Shown piece after piece: positions 55,956 to 64,000 of a stretch of 64,000 nt of DNA. The notes below the pieces were generated by a model that had not been told where the DNA came from, did no database searches, and saw nothing but the letters and a program-made list of their open reading frames with translations. The position numbers and the translations under genes are program-made. The stretch is from NCBI GenBank assembly GCA_964615415.1, contig CAZTNI010000001.1, forward strand, positions 112,746 to 176,745, given 5' to 3'. Origin of the DNA: an uncultured Candidatus Saccharibacteria bacterium. GTDB taxonomy: Bacteria; Patescibacteriota; Minisyncoccia; Phycocordibacterales; SBAW01. The stretch's first letter is position 1. Each line of letters opens with the position of its first letter.

Positions 55956-56375
55956 ATGTTATTCCCTAAGAAAGTTAAATATCGCAAGTGGCATACCATG
56001 CGCCGTAACCCAAAGCGTGCACTCGTTGCATCGCGCGGTATTACTGTTGCCTTTGGTAGTCATGGTCTTAAGGCGGTAGAGCATGCACGCATCCGCTCTA
56101 ACCAGCTCGAGTCTGCTCGTAAGGTTATCGCTCGTTCGCTCGGCAAGACCGGCAAGATGTGGCTCCGCGTCTTCCCAGACAAACCATTTACCCAGAAGCC
56201 ACCGGAAGTGAAGCTTGGTAAGGGTAAGGGCGACCCGGTAGGGTACGAGGTTGAAGTGTGGCCAGGCCGCATGCTCTTCGAAGTGGATGGTGTCACCGAG
56301 GCGCTTGCTATCGAGACCCTCATTAAGGCGGGCAAGAAGCTTCCAGTTAAAACTAAGGCTGTTGCACGCCACTAA
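55956..56375 (+). CDS. rplP: 50S ribosomal protein L16
   Basis: Conserved L16. Confidence 0.95.
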   Translation: MLFPKKVKYRKWHTMRRNPKRALVASRGITVAFGSHGLKAVEHARIRSNQLESARKVIARSLGKTGKMWLRVFPDKPFTQKPPEVKLGKGKGDPVGYEVEVWPGRMLFEVDGVTEALAIETLIKAGKKLPVKTKAVARH

Positions 56376-56383
56376 TTATTTGT

Positions 56384-56575
56384 ATGGCAAAGAAACACTC
56401 ACTCAAGGATCATTCAGTGGCAGACCTTACGAAGCTTGTACAAGACAAGCGTGAGGAGTTGCGCAGCTTGCGTTTTTCTGTCGCAGGTAGTAAAAATCGT
56501 AACGTAAAGCTTGGCAAGACTCTTAAGAAGGAGGTGGCACGAGCGCTTACGGAGCTTAACGCCCGCAAGGCATAA
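56384..56575 (+). CDS. rpmC: 50S ribosomal protein L29
   Basis: Conserved L29. Confidence 0.9.
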   Translation: MAKKHSLKDHSVADLTKLVQDKREELRSLRFSVAGSKNRNVKLGKTLKKEVARALTELNARKA

Positions 56576-56582
56576 ATAGCGT

Positions 56583-56825
56583 ATGGAACAAACTGTAAAC
56601 AAAAAGACACTTCGCGGGGTAGTTACCTCGGACAAAATGCAGGACACTGCGGTTGTTACGGTGTCTCGCTATGTGAAGCACCCAAAGTACAAGAAGTACA
56701 TGAAGATCACCAAGAAGTACCATGCGCACAACCCAGGCAACCGTGCCAAGGCAGGGGAGACGGTGACGATCCGCTCATGCAACCCTATTTCAAAAACCAA
56801 GTCATTCGAAATTGTTTTCGCATAA
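56583..56825 (+). CDS. rpsQ: 30S ribosomal protein S17
   Basis: Conserved S17. Confidence 0.93.
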   Translation: MEQTVNKKTLRGVVTSDKMQDTAVVTVSRYVKHPKYKKYMKITKKYHAHNPGNRAKAGETVTIRSCNPISKTKSFEIVFA

Positions 56826-56831
56826 ACCTTT

Positions 56832-57212
56832 ATGATTCAACCACGCTCAATCGTACAAATTGCAGATAACTCTGGCGCAAAAGTCGGACGCATCTTCAAA
56901 GTGCTTGGCTCGGCACACAAGCGCTACGCATCTATTGGTGAGGTGGTGGTGCTTTCTGTACAAACAGCAGAGCCTCGCAAGGCTATAAAGAAAAAGGATG
57001 TGCTTAAGGCTGTTGTGGTTCGCCAAAAGGCCGCACTCCGCCGCAAGGATGGCTCATACATCCGTTTTGATGAAAATGCAGTGGTGATTATTGAAGGTAC
57101 AGGTAAGAACGCAAAGGAACCAAAGGCGGGCCGCATCTTCGGTCCTATCCCACGCGAGCTTGCAGAGCTTGGCTACCAAACGATTATTTCTCGCGCGCCT
57201 GAAGTAGTGTAA
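56832..57212 (+). CDS. rplN: 50S ribosomal protein L14
   Basis: Conserved L14. Confidence 0.95.
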   Translation: MIQPRSIVQIADNSGAKVGRIFKVLGSAHKRYASIGEVVVLSVQTAEPRKAIKKKDVLKAVVVRQKAALRRKDGSYIRFDENAVVIIEGTGKNAKEPKAGRIFGPIPRELAELGYQTIISRAPEVV

Positions 57213-57218
57213 ACCTCT

Positions 57219-57491
57219 ATGAATAAACTCCACGTTAAAAAAGGCGACACGGTAGTAGTTCTCGCCGGTAATGACAAAGGAAAGTCAGGCAAGGTTACGA
57301 AGACCTTCCCGAAACTCGGTCTCGTCCTTGTTGAGGGTGTTGGGATGCGTAAGAAGCATCAGAAGCCTCGCCGCGAAGGTCAGAAGGGTCAGATCATCGA
57401 TAAGCAGTTTCCAATACACGTAAGTAACGTGAAGAGTACTGCTGCAGAAAAGAAAGAGGCTAAGAAACCTCGCGCAACTAAGAAGAAGTAG
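57219..57491 (+). CDS. rplX: 50S ribosomal protein L24
   Basis: KOW motif, conserved L24. Confidence 0.93.
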   Translation: MNKLHVKKGDTVVVLAGNDKGKSGKVTKTFPKLGLVLVEGVGMRKKHQKPRREGQKGQIIDKQFPIHVSNVKSTAAEKKEAKKPRATKKK

Positions 57492-57519
57492 TTCGACAAG
57501 CTCACTATAAATACACACC

Positions 57520-58080
57520 ATGCCAAGTCTCATCCAAGAAAAACAAAAAACAGCATTTGAAAGCCTGAAGAATACTTTTGGCTGGAAGAATGTGATGCAA
57601 ACTCCTCGTGTCGAGAAGGTTGTTGTCGCTGTTGGTGTTGGCAAGATGGCAAAAGACAAGGGCAAGGTTGAGCTCGTTGCAGACCGCCTTGCAAAAATTA
57701 CTGGTCAGAAGCCAGCACATCGCGGCGCAAAGAAAGCTATCGCAACCTTTAAGACTCGCGTTGGCGACAAAGTAGGCTACCAGGTAACCCTCCGCGGTAA
57801 GCGCGCAGAAGACTTTCTTAACCGCCTCGTACACGTTGCGCTTCCTCGTACCAAGGACTTTAAGGGCATCCCAGGTAACTCAGTAGACGAGATGGGTAAC
57901 TACAGCCTTGGTATCAAAGAGCACACCGTGTTCCCAGAAACTGTAGACGAAGAATTGAAAGACGTCTTCGGTATGGCAGTAACGGTAGTGACCTCAGCAA
58001 AAGATAAAAAAATAGCGAAGGCTTACCTCGAACACCTCGGTTTCCCATTTAAAAAGACCGACGACTCAAAGAAGAAGTAA
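57520..58080 (+). CDS. rplE: 50S ribosomal protein L5
   Basis: Conserved L5. Confidence 0.95.
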   Translation: MPSLIQEKQKTAFESLKNTFGWKNVMQTPRVEKVVVAVGVGKMAKDKGKVELVADRLAKITGQKPAHRGAKKAIATFKTRVGDKVGYQVTLRGKRAEDFLNRLVHVALPRTKDFKGIPGNSVDEMGNYSLGIKEHTVFPETVDEELKDVFGMAVTVVTSAKDKKIAKAYLEHLGFPFKKTDDSKKK

Positions 58081-58084
58081 AAAG

Positions 58085-58116
58085 AAAGCCGCCTGAGTAG
58101 AGGCGGTTTTTCTTTT
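58085..58116 (+). terminator. Intrinsic terminator after rplE
   Basis: aagccgcct-gagtag-aggcggtttttcttttg. Confidence 0.55.
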
Positions 58117-58190
58117 GTTCAACACAACCTGCCAGGAACTGATGTATATTTATTTCAGTATCTGATCTTAAGATCCACCAGGAGGTACAA

Positions 58191-58391
58191 ATGGGCAATC
58201 GGATCATTCTTGGTTTTGGAGGGAATTTTAAGGAAGCTCGGATTCCTTCAAATATCCCGCTTTCTTCTGTGTCTCCTCATGTGCATCGGCTTCTAGGCAA
58301 TAAGTCGAAGCTGGGGCGTAAAGAACGCCGTCGGCAGAGAGAAGAAGAGGAAAGGCGGCGCGCTCGAGAATTCGATTCTTCCACTATGTAA
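58191..58391 (+). CDS. Small hypothetical protein with Arg/Glu-rich C-terminus
   Basis: 66 aa, RBS aggagg. Flanked by terminators, between rplE and the S14 gene. Confidence 0.35.
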   Translation: MGNRIILGFGGNFKEARIPSNIPLSSVSPHVHRLLGNKSKLGRKERRRQREEEERRRAREFDSSTM

Positions 58392-58420
58392 TGCCTCCGA
58401 AATAAGTAATAAAAGGCCGC

Positions 58421-58452
58421 CTCATTGAGGCGGCCTTTAAATTTGCGCTTTC
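58421..58452 (+). terminator. Intrinsic terminator
   Basis: aaaggccgcctc-attg-aggcggcctttaaattt. Confidence 0.55.
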
Positions 58453-58602
58453 AGATGGCCTATGTTAGTATCTTTGCACGCCCGTTTGGGCTCCTTTTTT
58501 CTGATAGGTGCCGCTTAGTGGAAACGCGAGGCAAACCGCAGAATCGTAACTCTCTAGGTAAGGGGAGTAAACCGGCCTAGTCCGGCGTATCGATTACAAA
58601 AT

Positions 58603-58788
58603 ATGGCTAAAAAGTCCACAGTTGCACGCTCAAACCGCACCCCGAAGTTTAAATCTCGGGTGGTTCGTCGTTGCTTCCGTTGCGGCCGTAAGCGTGCGTT
58701 TATGCGTGACTTTGGTCTCTGTCGCGCATGCTTCCGCGAAGCAGCAAATGAAGGCCTTATTCCAGGCGTTCGCAAATCATCATGGTAA
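58603..58788 (+). CDS. rpsN: 30S ribosomal protein S14 (zinc-binding type Z)
   Basis: 61 aa with CxxC...CxxC. Confidence 0.93.
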   Translation: MAKKSTVARSNRTPKFKSRVVRRCFRCGRKRAFMRDFGLCRACFREAANEGLIPGVRKSSW

Positions 58789-59171
58789 CAGACCCTATTG
58801 CAGACTATTTGATCCGTCTTCAAAACGCGCTTCGTGCACGCAAGGAGACTGTGTCTATCCCAAGCTCGAAGATGACCCGCGCTCTTTCAGAAGTGCTCGC
58901 GCGCGAGGGCTACATCGGTGAAGTAGATGATCAGTCAAAGAAGACCCGCTCTCTTTCAATTGCTCTTACCTACAAAAATGGCCGCCCAGCAATTAACGGT
59001 GCAAAGCGCATTTCAAAGCCGTCACGCCGCCTGTACATGGGTGTGCGCGATATTAAGCCAGTCAAGCGCGGTCATGGTCTCCTCGTGCTCTCGACTCCTG
59101 CTGGTATCGTTACCGGCAAAGAGGCACGTCAGAAGCGTGTTGGTGGTGAAGTCTTGTTCGAAATCTGGTAA
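58782..59171 (+). CDS. rpsH: 30S ribosomal protein S8
   Basis: Conserved S8. Confidence 0.93.
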   Translation: MVTDPIADYLIRLQNALRARKETVSIPSSKMTRALSEVLAREGYIGEVDDQSKKTRSLSIALTYKNGRPAINGAKRISKPSRRLYMGVRDIKPVKRGHGLLVLSTPAGIVTGKEARQKRVGGEVLFEIW

Positions 59172-59179
59172 AAATTTTT

Positions 59180-59713
59180 ATGTCACGTCTTGCTAAACGA
59201 CCAATTACAATTCCTGCTAAAACTGAAGTCAGCGTTTCAGGCGGTGATCTCGTGGTTAAAGGTCCTAAAGGAACACTCACACGCAAAGGCAATCGCTTTG
59301 TTACTATCGAAGTAGGTAGCGAGGGCGTGCAGGTTGCTCCAAAAGGCGAGACGCTCGAGGCTCGTGCAGCAGTTGGAACCTACGCATCACATGTCCGCAA
59401 CATGATCGAGGGCGTGAACGCTGGTTTTGTTAAAAAGCTTCTCATTGAAGGCGTTGGTTACAAGTGGGATGTGCAAGGCAAGACGGTTGTGTTGGCACTT
59501 GGCTTCTCGCATCCTGTTAAAGTTGCTATTCCAGAAGGCATTACTGTCTCTATCGACAAGGGCGTCTTTTCTGTCTCAGGTGCCGACAAAGAAGCAGTTG
59601 GCCAGTTTGCTGCAAACATCCGCGCCCTCAAGAAGCCAGAACCATACAAAGGGAAAGGCATTCGCTATGACAGCGAGGTGATCCGCCGCAAGCAGGGTAA
59701 GAAGGCTGCATAA
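59180..59713 (+). CDS. rplF: 50S ribosomal protein L6
   Basis: Conserved L6. Confidence 0.93.
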   Translation: MSRLAKRPITIPAKTEVSVSGGDLVVKGPKGTLTRKGNRFVTIEVGSEGVQVAPKGETLEARAAVGTYASHVRNMIEGVNAGFVKKLLIEGVGYKWDVQGKTVVLALGFSHPVKVAIPEGITVSIDKGVFSVSGADKEAVGQFAANIRALKKPEPYKGKGIRYDSEVIRRKQGKKAA

Positions 59714-59722
59714 CATACGACT

Positions 59723-60079
59723 ATGGCTACTACTTCAACTACAAAACGCATAGGCCGCATCCGCCGACACAACCGCATCCGCGCACGTGTTATTGGCTCT
59801 GCTGCACGTCCTCGCCTTTCGGTCTACAAATCGAACCGCTATCTCCATGCGCAGATTATTGACGATGCTTCAGGCAAGACGCTTGTTGCAGGCAGCACAA
59901 AGACATTTGCAGCAAAGGCAAAGAAAATGGATGCAGCAGAGATGCTCGGTACCGACATTGCAAAGCGCGCAAAGGATGCAGGTATCACTAAGGTCGTATT
60001 TGACCGCGGTGGTTTCCGCTACATTGGCCGCATCGCAACGCTTGCAGAAGCTGTTCGCAAGGGAGGTTTGGAACTATAA
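59723..60079 (+). CDS. rplR: 50S ribosomal protein L18
   Basis: Conserved L18. Confidence 0.93.
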   Translation: MATTSTTKRIGRIRRHNRIRARVIGSAARPRLSVYKSNRYLHAQIIDDASGKTLVAGSTKTFAAKAKKMDAAEMLGTDIAKRAKDAGITKVVFDRGGFRYIGRIATLAEAVRKGGLEL

Positions 60080-60085
60080 TTTTTT

Positions 60086-60703
60086 ATGACTGACAAGACT
60101 ACTATCGAAGAGAAGAATGTACCTACAGAAGGCGCGCCAGTTGCGGAAGCTACTGCTGCACCTGCTGACACGAAAGGTCCTCGCGGCCGTGGTGGCCGTG
60201 GCCGTGGCGAACGCGGTCCAGGAGGCCGTGGCCAAGGTCCTCGCGGTGGTAACCGCCCTGAGCGCCAAAAGAGTGAGTTTGATCAGAAGATGATCAACAT
60301 TCGCCGCGTTACTCGCGTGGTTTCTGGTGGCCGTCGCTTCTCATTCTCAGTTGCGATCATCCTTGGTAACAAAAAGGGCAAGGTTGGTGTTGGTATTGGT
60401 AAGGCCGGTGACACAACGCTCGCTATCGACAAAGCAGTTCGTGATGCAAAGAAGAATATGATCACCGTAGCGCTCACAAAGGACAACTCTATTCCGCATG
60501 ATGTGTCTGCTAAGTACACCGCGTCTCGTGTAACACTCATTCCAGCAGCAGGTCGCGGTCTTGTGGCAGGTTCGTCTGTACGCCCACTCCTTGAGCTTGC
60601 AGGCATCACCAACGTGATCGCAAAGATGCACTCAGGCAGCAAGAACGGCCTTAACAACGCTCGCGCGGCTATCGAGGCTTTGAAGACGATCAAGAATGCG
60701 TAG
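60086..60703 (+). CDS. rpsE: 30S ribosomal protein S5 with RG-rich N-terminal extension
   Basis: Conserved S5 domains. Confidence 0.93.
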   Translation: MTDKTTIEEKNVPTEGAPVAEATAAPADTKGPRGRGGRGRGERGPGGRGQGPRGGNRPERQKSEFDQKMINIRRVTRVVSGGRRFSFSVAIILGNKKGKVGVGIGKAGDTTLAIDKAVRDAKKNMITVALTKDNSIPHDVSAKYTASRVTLIPAAGRGLVAGSSVRPLLELAGITNVIAKMHSGSKNGLNNARAAIEALKTIKNA

Positions 60704-60723
60704 CCCGATTTAATTAAACCAGT

Positions 60724-61164
60724 ATGCAACTCAACGAACTTAAACGCACAACTGAAAATAAGACTAAAAAGCGCGTTGGCCGTGGCGGTAAGCGCGGTAA
60801 GACCTCTGGTCGTGGTACCAAGGGCCAGAAAGCGCGCGCAGGTCACCGCATCATGCCGGCTATCCGCGAGCAGCTCAAAAAACTTCCGAAGATGCGCGGT
60901 CGCGGTATCCATGGTTTGCGCAGTATCCAAGACAAGCCATTTGCAATTAACGTTTCTCAGCTCGAGACTTTCTTCTCAGCAGGTGATGTCGTAAATCCAA
61001 AAACTCTCGTAGAGCGTGGAGTTATGAATGCAACGAACAGCTCTGTGCGCCGCATTAAGATTCTTGGCGATGGCGAGCTTTCAAAAAAGCTTACTGTTTC
61101 TGGTTGTGCGGTGTCAGCAAGTGCAAAGGAAAAGATCGAGAAAGCAGGCGGCTCTGTAGCGTAA
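60724..61164 (+). CDS. rplO: 50S ribosomal protein L15
   Basis: Conserved L15. Follows rpsE directly, with no L30 gene between them. Confidence 0.93.
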   Translation: MQLNELKRTTENKTKKRVGRGGKRGKTSGRGTKGQKARAGHRIMPAIREQLKKLPKMRGRGIHGLRSIQDKPFAINVSQLETFFSAGDVVNPKTLVERGVMNATNSSVRRIKILGDGELSKKLTVSGCAVSASAKEKIEKAGGSVA

Positions 61165-61175
61165 GCGTGGATTGA

Positions 61176-62480
61176 GTGGCGGTGCTGGGTTATACTTCAT
61201 TTCATACTATGTCGTCATTCCTACAAAAACTCACACTTCTTTTTTCGGACAAAACACTTCGTAATCGTGTCTTTTTCGTTATTGGCGCCCTTGCAGTCTT
61301 TCGTGTGCTTGCAACTATCCCGATCCCAGGTGTCAATGCGGCTGCGCTTGCTACCTTTTTTGCAAACAATCAATTTTTCGGTCTCCTGAACCTCTTCTCT
61401 GGCGGCGGACTTTCAAGTCTTTCTATCATGATGCTTGGTGTTGGTCCGTACATCACAGCGTCTATCATCATGCAGCTGCTTACGCTCATGGTCCCTCGCA
61501 TGAAGGCTATGTACCAAGAGGAAGGGGAGATTGGTCGAAAGAAATTTAGCCAGTACTCGCGCATGTTGACCCTACCGCTCGCTATTGTGCAGGGTATTAG
61601 TTTCTTGCTTATCCTCCAGCAGGCAGGAATTATTTCATTCCTTTCACCATTCCAGTTTGCAGTGAATCTCATCGTGATTACTGCTGGTTCGATGCTCCTT
61701 ATGTGGATCGGCGAACTTATTTCTGAGTACGGTATTGGCAACGGTGTTTCGCTCATCATCTTCGGCGGCATTGTTGCAAGCTTGCCTCAGACGGTAAGCC
61801 AGCTTGTCTTTACCTACGACCCATCGCTCTTGCCAGTCTATCTTGCGGCGATCGCGGTCGGTCTCTTTGTGATAGCAGCAATTGTGTTTATTACTGAAGC
61901 AGAGCGTCCAGTGCCGGTAACGTACGCAAAGCGTGTCCGCGGTATGAAATTCTTTGGCGGCGCATCGACCTACCTTCCGCTCCGCCTTAATCAGGCAGGT
62001 GTTATCCCGATCATCTTTGCGCTCTCGTTCCTCTTGTTGCCGCAAATGTTTGCAAGCTTCTTTGTAACGTCCTCAAACGCAATGCTTGCAGGTATTTCAG
62101 CATCTATCCTCGGCGCATTCCAGAACCTGACACTCTACGGCGTGCTCTACTTTATCTTCGTGTTCTTCTTCACCTACTTCTATACTGCGGTGACGTTCGA
62201 TCCAAAGATGATCGCAGACAACTTGCAGAAAAATGGTGCATTTATTCCAGGTGTACGTCCGGGTGAGTTCACTGCAGAGTACTTGGGTAAAATTATTACC
62301 CGCATTACGCTTGTGGGCGCACTCTTCCTTGGCTTGGTTGCCGTCTTGCCAATAGTCATGCAGTCATTAACGGGCATTTCAACACTTGCTATCGGTGGTA
62401 CCGCACTCCTTATCGTTGTGTCGGTGATTCTCGACCTTACTCGCCGCGTGGACGCGCAACTCTCGATCCGCGAATATTAA
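61176..62480 (+). CDS. secY: Preprotein translocase subunit SecY
   Basis: Ten TM helices and conserved SecY motifs. The start could be the ATG at 61209. Confidence 0.93.
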   Translation: MAVLGYTSFHTMSSFLQKLTLLFSDKTLRNRVFFVIGALAVFRVLATIPIPGVNAAALATFFANNQFFGLLNLFSGGGLSSLSIMMLGVGPYITASIIMQLLTLMVPRMKAMYQEEGEIGRKKFSQYSRMLTLPLAIVQGISFLLILQQAGIISFLSPFQFAVNLIVITAGSMLLMWIGELISEYGIGNGVSLIIFGGIVASLPQTVSQLVFTYDPSLLPVYLAAIAVGLFVIAAIVFITEAERPVPVTYAKRVRGMKFFGGASTYLPLRLNQAGVIPIIFALSFLLLPQMFASFFVTSSNAMLAGISASILGAFQNLTLYGVLYFIFVFFFTYFYTAVTFDPKMIADNLQKNGAFIPGVRPGEFTAEYLGKIITRITLVGALFLGLVAVLPIVMQSLTGISTLAIGGTALLIVVSVILDLTRRVDAQLSIREY

Positions 62481-62483
62481 TCT

Positions 62484-63059
62484 ATGGAGGATATCCGCAC
62501 GTTTATTACTATGGGTCGCCTCGGATCAGGGAAGGGCACTCAGGCTAAACTGCTTGCGGAAAAAATTGGCGCTCGTGTATATTCGTCGGGTAAAGAGTTT
62601 CGTGACTTGGCAGCAAGCGAGCAATTTGTTGGACGCCGTCTTAAAAAAGCACTCGACTCTGGCGAACTGATGCCTACCTGGCTCGCTTCCTACTTGCACG
62701 AAAAAACGCTTTTTACGCTGGAACCAGAAGACAAAATAATTTTTGAAGGTGCGTGCCGTATTGAACCAGAGGCGCACTTGTTTAATGAAGTAACGGAGTG
62801 GCTTGGCCGACCGTATAAAGTTATATATCTGGAGATCGACGAAGAAGAGATGGTGAAGCGGTTACGCAAGCGCTACGAAATTGAAGGTCGTGCAGACGAT
62901 GCGGATGAAGCCATCACGATTCGTATCCAGGAATTTAATACAAAAACCATTCCTGCTGCAAATTTTTTCCGCTCTCAAGGAAAACTCATTACAGTAAATG
63001 GGCAGCAGACGGTAGAAAAGGTCCACGAAGACATACTAAAAGCTCTAAGCCTTTCGTGA
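62484..63059 (+). CDS. adk: Adenylate kinase (paralog 1)
   Basis: P-loop GRLGSGKGTQ and LID-region GRADD. Confidence 0.8.
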   Translation: MEDIRTFITMGRLGSGKGTQAKLLAEKIGARVYSSGKEFRDLAASEQFVGRRLKKALDSGELMPTWLASYLHEKTLFTLEPEDKIIFEGACRIEPEAHLFNEVTEWLGRPYKVIYLEIDEEEMVKRLRKRYEIEGRADDADEAITIRIQEFNTKTIPAANFFRSQGKLITVNGQQTVEKVHEDILKALSLS

Positions 63060-63071
63060 TACCATAGCACT

Positions 63072-63662
63072 GTGGATCAAATAACCGCTATATTTTTAGG
63101 GCCGCAAGGGTGTGGAAAAGGGACGCAAGCGTCCCTTTTTGAAGCGCATCTACAGACGCTCGATGCTCGACCGATCGTACATTTTGAGATGGGTAAGAAT
63201 TTGCGTGAGATGGCCGCGCAGGAAAACTACACTTCAAAACTCATGCGCGACGTAATTGCTCGTGGTGACTTGGTGCCGTTTACGATAAGCTCGTCTGTGT
63301 TTTCTCAATACTTGATCAACCACCTTGCAGGCAACGAGCATTTATTTATAGACGGCTTTCCTCGGAGCGAGTCCCAAGTGGATATTCTGGACTCTGCTAT
63401 GGAGTTTTATCAGCGAAAAAATCCGACCTTTGTGCACATCACTATCTCTGACGATGAAAGTATTTCACGCCTCCTTCAGCGAGGTCGCGCAGATGATACA
63501 GAAGAGACTATCCGTAACCGCCTTCGCTGGACCCGAGAAGAGTGGGGGAACATACGTGCTCGACTTGAAAAGAACCCCGCGTACCGGATTATCGAAATTA
63601 ATGGTGAGCGTCCGATAGAAGAAGTGCAGGCAGATATTCGATCGCAGCTTCTTTCCTCTTAA
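63072..63662 (+). CDS. adk: Adenylate kinase (paralog 2)
   Basis: P-loop GPQGCGKGTQ, GFPRSESQ, RGRADD. Confidence 0.8.
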   Translation: MDQITAIFLGPQGCGKGTQASLFEAHLQTLDARPIVHFEMGKNLREMAAQENYTSKLMRDVIARGDLVPFTISSSVFSQYLINHLAGNEHLFIDGFPRSESQVDILDSAMEFYQRKNPTFVHITISDDESISRLLQRGRADDTEETIRNRLRWTREEWGNIRARLEKNPAYRIIEINGERPIEEVQADIRSQLLSS

Positions 63663-63665
63663 CAC

Positions 63666-64000
63666 ATGATCGCGACTAACCAAAACGACATACAAGGACT
63701 GCGTGAAGCAGGAAAAATTCTGAGTGCAGTACGCACGGAAGTCGCCGGCTTGGTGCGCCCAGGCATTTCCACTGCAGACCTTGATATTGCAGCGGAGAAA
63801 GCAATTGAACGGCACGGAGCGCGAGCAGCCTTTTTGGGATATAAACAACAAGACAGTACATACCCGTTTCCTGCGGTGGGATGTATTTCAGTGAATGATG
63901 AAGTGGTGCACGGAATTCCTCGGGAAGACCGTATTCTTAAAGAGGGAGACGTCGTGTCTGTCGACTTAGGGCTTGAGTATAAAGGCTTCTTTATGGATTC
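63666..64000 (+). CDS. map: Methionine aminopeptidase (partial; continues past the window end)
   Basis: MIATNQNDIQGLREAGKIL...GDVVSVDLG, the N-terminal part of type I MetAP. Confidence 0.8.
   Translation, partial: MIATNQNDIQGLREAGKILSAVRTEVAGLVRPGISTADLDIAAEKAIERHGARAAFLGYKQQDSTYPFPAVGCISVNDEVVHGIPREDRILKEGDVVSVDLGLEYKGFFMD

Noticed and set aside
1-64000. CRISPR arrays, rRNA genes, IS elements or transposases
   Set aside because: No regularly spaced direct repeats, no rRNA-like conserved stretches, and no transposase or integrase ORFs other than the XerC/D-type recombinase were found on either strand.

Overview
Summary. This window looks like a segment of a small, streamlined bacterial genome of the CPR/Patescibacteria type, about 48-52% GC in its housekeeping genes. 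It carries the following housekeeping genes.

- pnp and rpsO; a xerC/D-type recombinase; xth; cca; four tRNAs; yraN; a SAM-dependent methyltransferase; hup; rny; clpP; tig; ppa; nusA.
- tpiA and pgk; recJ; rnhA; a split comEC; sodA; rpmB; rpsL and rpsG; fusA; tuf.
- An S10-spc ribosomal cluster running from rpsJ to secY, followed by two tandem adk genes and the start of map. No gene sits between rpsE and rplO, i.e. no L30.

The main accessory region lies at about 24.45-30.6 kb, between a PilB/GspE-like gene and tpiA. It has these features.

- A low-GC left boundary carries two tandem consensus sigma70 promoters, followed by two large perfect hairpins.
- Next comes a block of about 58-68% GC whose coding sequences are strongly GC3-biased, which points to foreign origin.
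- The block encodes about 12 small, mostly hydrophobic or zinc-ribbon proteins.
- These are arranged like cassettes: a GC hairpin, then a 'ctaYttaagtt' motif, then an operator-like palindrome, then the RBS and ATG.
- An approximately 130-nt leader is duplicated in front of two genes, and in both copies the start codon of a short uORF (MFP...) lies inside a conserved hairpin.

Other notable items are listed below.

- A PilB/GspE homolog keeps its N-terminal and zinc-finger regions but has lost the Walker A, Walker B and His-box motifs.
- A structured element occurs twice (about 15.1 kb and 20.2 kb). Its roughly 38-nt core is conserved, while the long flanking stems differ between copies yet remain self-complementary.
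- Two adjacent hairpins with identical loops lie near 18.4 kb.
- A perfect 23-bp inverted repeat follows xth.
- A secreted cysteine-rich gene is flanked by identical terminator hairpins.
- The ribosomal operon is interrupted several times. Three small genes sit on the opposite strand between rplB and rpsS, an extra gene sits between rpsJ and rplC, and small ORFs carry a duplicated terminator.

No CRISPR array, rRNA gene, transposase or integrase-bounded element could be supported from the sequence.
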